DNA from: an uncultured Chromatiales bacterium
Lineage (GTDB): Bacteria; Pseudomonadota; Gammaproteobacteria; DATFLL01
Length of the DNA: 64,000 nucleotides
Reading direction: 5' to 3'
Assembly (NCBI GenBank): GCA_964561765.1
Contig: CAZLQI010000009.1
Location: 37,266 to 101,265, forward strand
Part shown: in pieces, positions 60,333 through 64,000 of the stretch
How the letters are laid out: every line of letters starts with the position of its first letter
Position numbering within the stretch: the stretch's first letter is position 1
Made by a program: the position numbers and the translations under genes
Notes under the pieces: generated by a model
Told to the model about the DNA's origin: nothing
What the model saw: the letters and a program-made list of their open reading frames with translations, nothing else
The model's database searches: none

Positions 60333-61433
60333 ATGAGCGATACGGCCGTGCAGGAGCCGGTTCGGCCGGTGGGCTACTGGCATCGCCTCGACGACGGTCG
60401 TATCCAGTGCGATCTGTGTCCGCGTTTCTGCAAGTTGCGCGATGGCCAGCGTGGTCTGTGTTTTGTACGTGCCCGTCAGGGTGACACCTTGGTGTCGACC
60501 ACCTACGGGCGCTCCAGCGGGTTTTGCATTGATCCGATTGAGAAAAAGCCGCTCAATCATTTTCTTCCGGGCACCTCGGTGCTGTCTTTCGGTACCGCCG
60601 GTTGCAACCTCGCCTGTGCGTTTTGTCAGAACTGGGATATCAGTAAATCACGCGAGTTCGATACGCTGAGCGATACGGCCTCGCCCGAGGCGATTGCGTG
60701 TGCGGGCGCTGCGCAAGGCTGTGCCAGCGTGGCGTTTACCTACAATGATCCGGTGATTTTTCATGAATACGCCATCGATGTGGCCCGGGCCTGTCATGCA
60801 CGCGACATCCGCACCGTGGCGGTCACGGCCGGTTATGTGAGTGCCGCGCCACGCGCGGAATTCTATCGCCACATGGATGCGGTGAATGTGGACCTCAAGG
60901 CGTTTACCGAGCGCTTCTACCACACGCTGACCGGTGGTCACCTGCAACCGGTACTGGAGACCCTCGAATACATCCGCCACGAGACTGACGTCTGGCTGGA
61001 GGTGACGACACTGCTGATCCCCGGTGAGAATGACAGCGACGAGGAACTCCGCACGCTCGCACGGTGGATAGGCGAACATCTGGGCGTGGACGTGCCGCTG
61101 CATTTCAGCGCCTTTCACCCGGACTGGAAGATGCTGAACCTGCCGCCGACACTGCCGGCGACGCTGCGCCGCGCGCGCCATCTCGCCATGGAACAGGGTT
61201 TGCATTATGTCTATACCGGCAACGTGCATGATCCGCAAGGCGAGAGCACTTTCTGCCCCGCGTGCGGTAGCAAAGTGATCGGCCGGGACGGCTACACCCT
61301 GACGGCCTGGCACCTCACCGACGAGGGTCATTGTCGTGCTTGTGGTACACCCTGTGCCGGTGTGTTCGCCGCTCCTCCTAGACAGAGGGGAGCGCGTCGA
61401 AGACCCGTGCGCCTTAGGGATTTTACCACTTGA
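60333..61433 (+). CDS. amrS: AmmeMemoRadiSam system radical SAM enzyme
   Basis: CxxxCxxC (GCNLACAFCQNW) plus an N-terminal Cys cluster (CDLCPRFCKL) typical of PFL-activase-like AmrS. Confidence 0.85.
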   Translation: MSDTAVQEPVRPVGYWHRLDDGRIQCDLCPRFCKLRDGQRGLCFVRARQGDTLVSTTYGRSSGFCIDPIEKKPLNHFLPGTSVLSFGTAGCNLACAFCQNWDISKSREFDTLSDTASPEAIACAGAAQGCASVAFTYNDPVIFHEYAIDVARACHARDIRTVAVTAGYVSAAPRAEFYRHMDAVNVDLKAFTERFYHTLTGGHLQPVLETLEYIRHETDVWLEVTTLLIPGENDSDEELRTLARWIGEHLGVDVPLHFSAFHPDWKMLNLPPTLPATLRRARHLAMEQGLHYVYTGNVHDPQGESTFCPACGSKVIGRDGYTLTAWHLTDEGHCRACGTPCAGVFAAPPRQRGARRRPVRLRDFTT

Positions 61434-61643
61434 GTGGGCCTCCCCGCTTGTACCCCGAGACCTGCAGAAACAGTCGCACCGGGCGTTAACGCTAAACGAT
61501 GCAGGGTTGTGGTACGTCGGGCCGATGTTTGCGCGGGAAATGCCAGGATTCCGGCCAATCTGGTGTATGATTTCCGCACCCGATGGCCCGGTGCCAACGG
61601 GCATCGGCCCACAGAGCAGCGAGATAAGGCAGTTGAACCGACG

Positions 61644-62210
61644 ATGAGTAAAGCGAAAGTACGTATTGGTATTGTGACCGTTTCCGATCGCGCCAGTCGT
61701 GGCGAGTATGAGGACCTGGGTGGTCCGGCCATCCATGAGTGGCTCGACAAGACCCTGGTGAGTGCCTGGGAACCCGTCCCCCGACTGGTTGCCGATGAGC
61801 AATTGCAGGTCGAGGCCGTCTTGCGTGCCCTGTGTGATGAGCAGGGGTGCTGCCTGGTGGTGACCACCGGGGGCACCGGACCGGCACCCCGCGATATCAC
61901 TCCGGAGGCGACCATGGCGGTGTGCGACAAGATTCTCGACGGTTTCGGCGAACAGATGCGCGCGGTCTCGCTGCGCCATGTGCCCACGGCCATCCTCTCT
62001 CGCCAAATCGCTGGCGTGCGGGGGCGTAGTCTGCTCATCAATCTGCCGGGCAAGCCCTCGGCCATCGCCGATTGCCTCAACGCGGTGTTCCCGGCGGTGC
62101 CCGATTGCATTGAACTGATAGGAGGCGGCAGCGGCCCGTATCTGCACACCGATCCGGAGAGGCTCAAGGCCTTTTGGCCGAAGCACGCCGAACAATCCAC
62201 TCCGGTCTGA
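61644..62210 (+). CDS. mogA: molybdopterin adenylyltransferase MogA
   Basis: MogA/MoaB fold ([23 protein letters not shown]...[18 protein letters not shown]). Confidence 0.85.
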   Translation: MSKAKVRIGIVTVSDRASRGEYEDLGGPAIHEWLDKTLVSAWEPVPRLVADEQLQVEAVLRALCDEQGCCLVVTTGGTGPAPRDITPEATMAVCDKILDGFGEQMRAVSLRHVPTAILSRQIAGVRGRSLLINLPGKPSAIADCLNAVFPAVPDCIELIGGGSGPYLHTDPERLKAFWPKHAEQSTPV

Positions 62211-62221
62211 GGTGTCTGCAC

Positions 62222-63196
62222 ATGCGTGATGCGACATCGGGGCCACGATTGGGGAACCCAGGTGATACCGTGTCCGCCAGCGATCAGACGCTGGCGGCGT
62301 TGCATACCCTGCGTGACTTTATCCGCTGGGGCGCCAGTCTGTTCCATGCCGAGGGCCTGTGTTTCGGTCATGGCAGCGATAACGCCTTTGACGAGGCGAC
62401 CTATCTAGTCAGCCATGCCGTGCATTTGCCACCGGACTTCCCGCCGGCCTATCTGGATGCACGCCTGGTGCCCGCAGAACGTGAAGCGGTGGCGGGCCTG
62501 TTGTTGCAACGCGCGCAGACACGCTTGCCAGCGCCCTATCTGACGCACGAGGCCTGGTTTGCCGGTCTGCGTTTCTATGTGGATGAACGGGTGTTGGTCC
62601 CGCGCTCCCCGATCGCGGAGCTGATTGAACACGGTTTTGCGCCTTGGCTGGAGGCAGACGGCGTCAGTCGGGTACTGGATTTGTGCACCGGCAGCGGTTG
62701 CATTGCCATTGCCTGTGCGCAGGCCTTTCCCGAGGCCGGGGTCGATGCCGTGGACATCTCCACAGATGCGCTGGCAGTGGCCGCCATGAATATCGAACGT
62801 CACGGACTGGGTGAGCGGGTGCAGGCGATCGTCTCGGATCTGTTCACCGGGTTGCCCCTGCGCGGTTATGACCTGATTGTCAGCAATCCGCCCTATGTAG
62901 ATGCCGCAGACATGGCAGCCCTGCCTGCGGAGTACCGCCATGAGCCCGTGCTGGGGCTGGCGGCGGGCACGCAGGGGTTGGACCTGGTGATCCCTCTGCT
63001 GCGTGATGCCAGCGATTACCTCAATCCGGGCGGCATCCTGGTGGTCGAGGTTGGCCACAGCGCAGCGGCCTTGGTCGGGCGTTTCCCGCAGGTTCCGTTC
63101 CTGTGGCTGGATTTCGCCCGCGGCGGTGAGGGGGTATTCATGCTCGATGCCGGGCAGTTGTCCGGGTATCATCGCCTGTTCGCCGAGGCATCCTGA
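62222..63196 (+). CDS. prmB: 50S ribosomal protein L3 glutamine N5-methyltransferase PrmB
   Basis: N-terminus aligns with E. coli PrmB ([33 protein letters not shown]), SAM motif [11 protein letters not shown] and NPPY. Confidence 0.85.
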   Translation: MRDATSGPRLGNPGDTVSASDQTLAALHTLRDFIRWGASLFHAEGLCFGHGSDNAFDEATYLVSHAVHLPPDFPPAYLDARLVPAEREAVAGLLLQRAQTRLPAPYLTHEAWFAGLRFYVDERVLVPRSPIAELIEHGFAPWLEADGVSRVLDLCTGSGCIAIACAQAFPEAGVDAVDISTDALAVAAMNIERHGLGERVQAIVSDLFTGLPLRGYDLIVSNPPYVDAADMAALPAEYRHEPVLGLAAGTQGLDLVIPLLRDASDYLNPGGILVVEVGHSAAALVGRFPQVPFLWLDFARGGEGVFMLDAGQLSGYHRLFAEAS

Positions 63197-63289
63197 GCAG
63201 GCCCGGCATACCGATGCCACACGGACACCACAGGTTCCCTGTGAGGTCTGTATTGAATACAACGAAGACAGTGGGAGGAGAGACAGACC

Positions 63290-63625
63290 ATGCAGATACC
63301 GAAAACCCGGGTGCAGCGTCCGCACACGGCACAGGAGTACGTCGATCTGGTCGAGCAGGCGATCTTCGAACTCGAGGAACTGCGCTTGGCGATGGAATAC
63401 GACATGGAGTCCATGGGCGAGTCCGGTGGGTTCATTGACGAAATGGAACGCGCGATGCGCGCGCTGCGCCAGTCGATGGCCGACGGCAGCTACCAGTTTG
63501 ACCGCCACGATTTCCCGTTTATGGCGCTAGTGGACAAGCAAAATGACCATGTCCTGCCGTTCAAGTACCTGTTCAAGGTGATCAATGAAACGCACAAGCT
63601 GGGTCTGGACACCGATGGGGCTTGA
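63290..63625 (+). CDS. hypothetical acidic protein (111 aa)
   Basis: GGGAGGA RBS; helical, no family recognised. Confidence 0.5.
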   Translation: MQIPKTRVQRPHTAQEYVDLVEQAIFELEELRLAMEYDMESMGESGGFIDEMERAMRALRQSMADGSYQFDRHDFPFMALVDKQNDHVLPFKYLFKVINETHKLGLDTDGA

Positions 63626-63670
63626 TCCAGGTCAACGCGGTGTACAGGTGGGGTATTTATAGTGAACACC

Positions 63671-64000
63671 ATGACAACAGACGATGATTTTCACGCCCTG
63701 GTCTTCGACCCGGAGCGACTTGAACGCTATGATGCCAGCGGTCCGCGTTATACCTCCTACCCGACGGCCGTTCAGTTCCACAGTGGTTTTACCGCCGAGG
63801 ATTACCAGGCGGCCTGCGCGCGTAGTCAAGCGCATGAAGACCTGCTACCGCTGTCGCTGTATTTTCATCTCCCGTTCTGTAACACGGTCTGTTATTACTG
63901 CGCCTGCAACAAGGTCATAACCAAGAACCGCAACCGGGCCGCCCCCTACCTGGCACGTCTGCACCGTGAGCTTGCCCTGCAGGGCGCACTGTTCGACTCA
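63671..64000 (+). CDS. hemN: oxygen-independent coproporphyrinogen III oxidase HemN, N-terminal fragment (continues beyond the window)
   Basis: MTTDDDFHALVFDPERLERYDASGPRYTSYPTAVQF...LSLYFHLPFCNTVCYYCACNK, the canonical HemN N-terminus with the CxxxCxxC radical-SAM motif. Confidence 0.75.
   Translation, partial: MTTDDDFHALVFDPERLERYDASGPRYTSYPTAVQFHSGFTAEDYQAACARSQAHEDLLPLSLYFHLPFCNTVCYYCACNKVITKNRNRAAPYLARLHRELALQGALFDS

Noticed and set aside
61434-61643. Moco riboswitch upstream of mogA
   Set aside because: I could not match the leader to the Moco motif consensus from memory. The leader is reported only as a structured element needing a covariance-model search

Overview
High-GC gammaproteobacterial window carrying a split, polar-type (Pseudomonas/Vibrio-style) flagellar and chemotaxis locus.

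Gene order:
- Region 1: the 3' end of a sigma-54 response regulator (FleR/FlrC-like), fliEFGHIJ and fliK, all on the + strand.
- About 28 kb of housekeeping and accessory DNA:
  - a second FliA (sigma-28) paralog, and a conserved polytopic membrane protein translationally coupled to a VWA-domain lipoprotein;
  - a KdtA-like GT30 glycosyltransferase, a DUF1249 protein, a Sel1/SPOR protein and a hypothetical protein;
  - an AT-rich islet holding a triplicated-hairpin membrane protein, a reverse-transcriptase remnant, a SAM methyltransferase, a LysR regulator and a frameshifted pseudogene;
  - tadA, uup, an AurF-like diiron protein, tRNA-Ser, nfeD-qmcA, the SRP RNA, dnaX-ybaB-recR;
  - an HDOD protein divergent from motAB, then rsgA, an M48 peptidase and orn.
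- Region 2: fliLMNOPQR-flhB-flhA-flhF-flhG-fliA-cheYZAB-motCD-parA-cheW-like-cheW-DUF2802, followed by a convergent FlhB-C-like/FliK-like pair.
- Then a GYF/pentapeptide-repeat protein, an AmmeMemoRadiSam trio, mogA, prmB and the start of hemN.

Most unusual features:
- the extra sigma-28 gene with its own sigma-28-like promoter, sitting next to an uncharacterised membrane protein plus VWA lipoprotein operon inside the flagellar locus;
- the low-GC islet with the triplicated membrane protein and a reverse-transcriptase relic;
- a CheA linker carrying three tandem FliM/CheZ-like CheY-binding peptide repeats;
- two stator sets and two FliK-type proteins.

Many long antisense ORFs in the track are high-GC artefacts.
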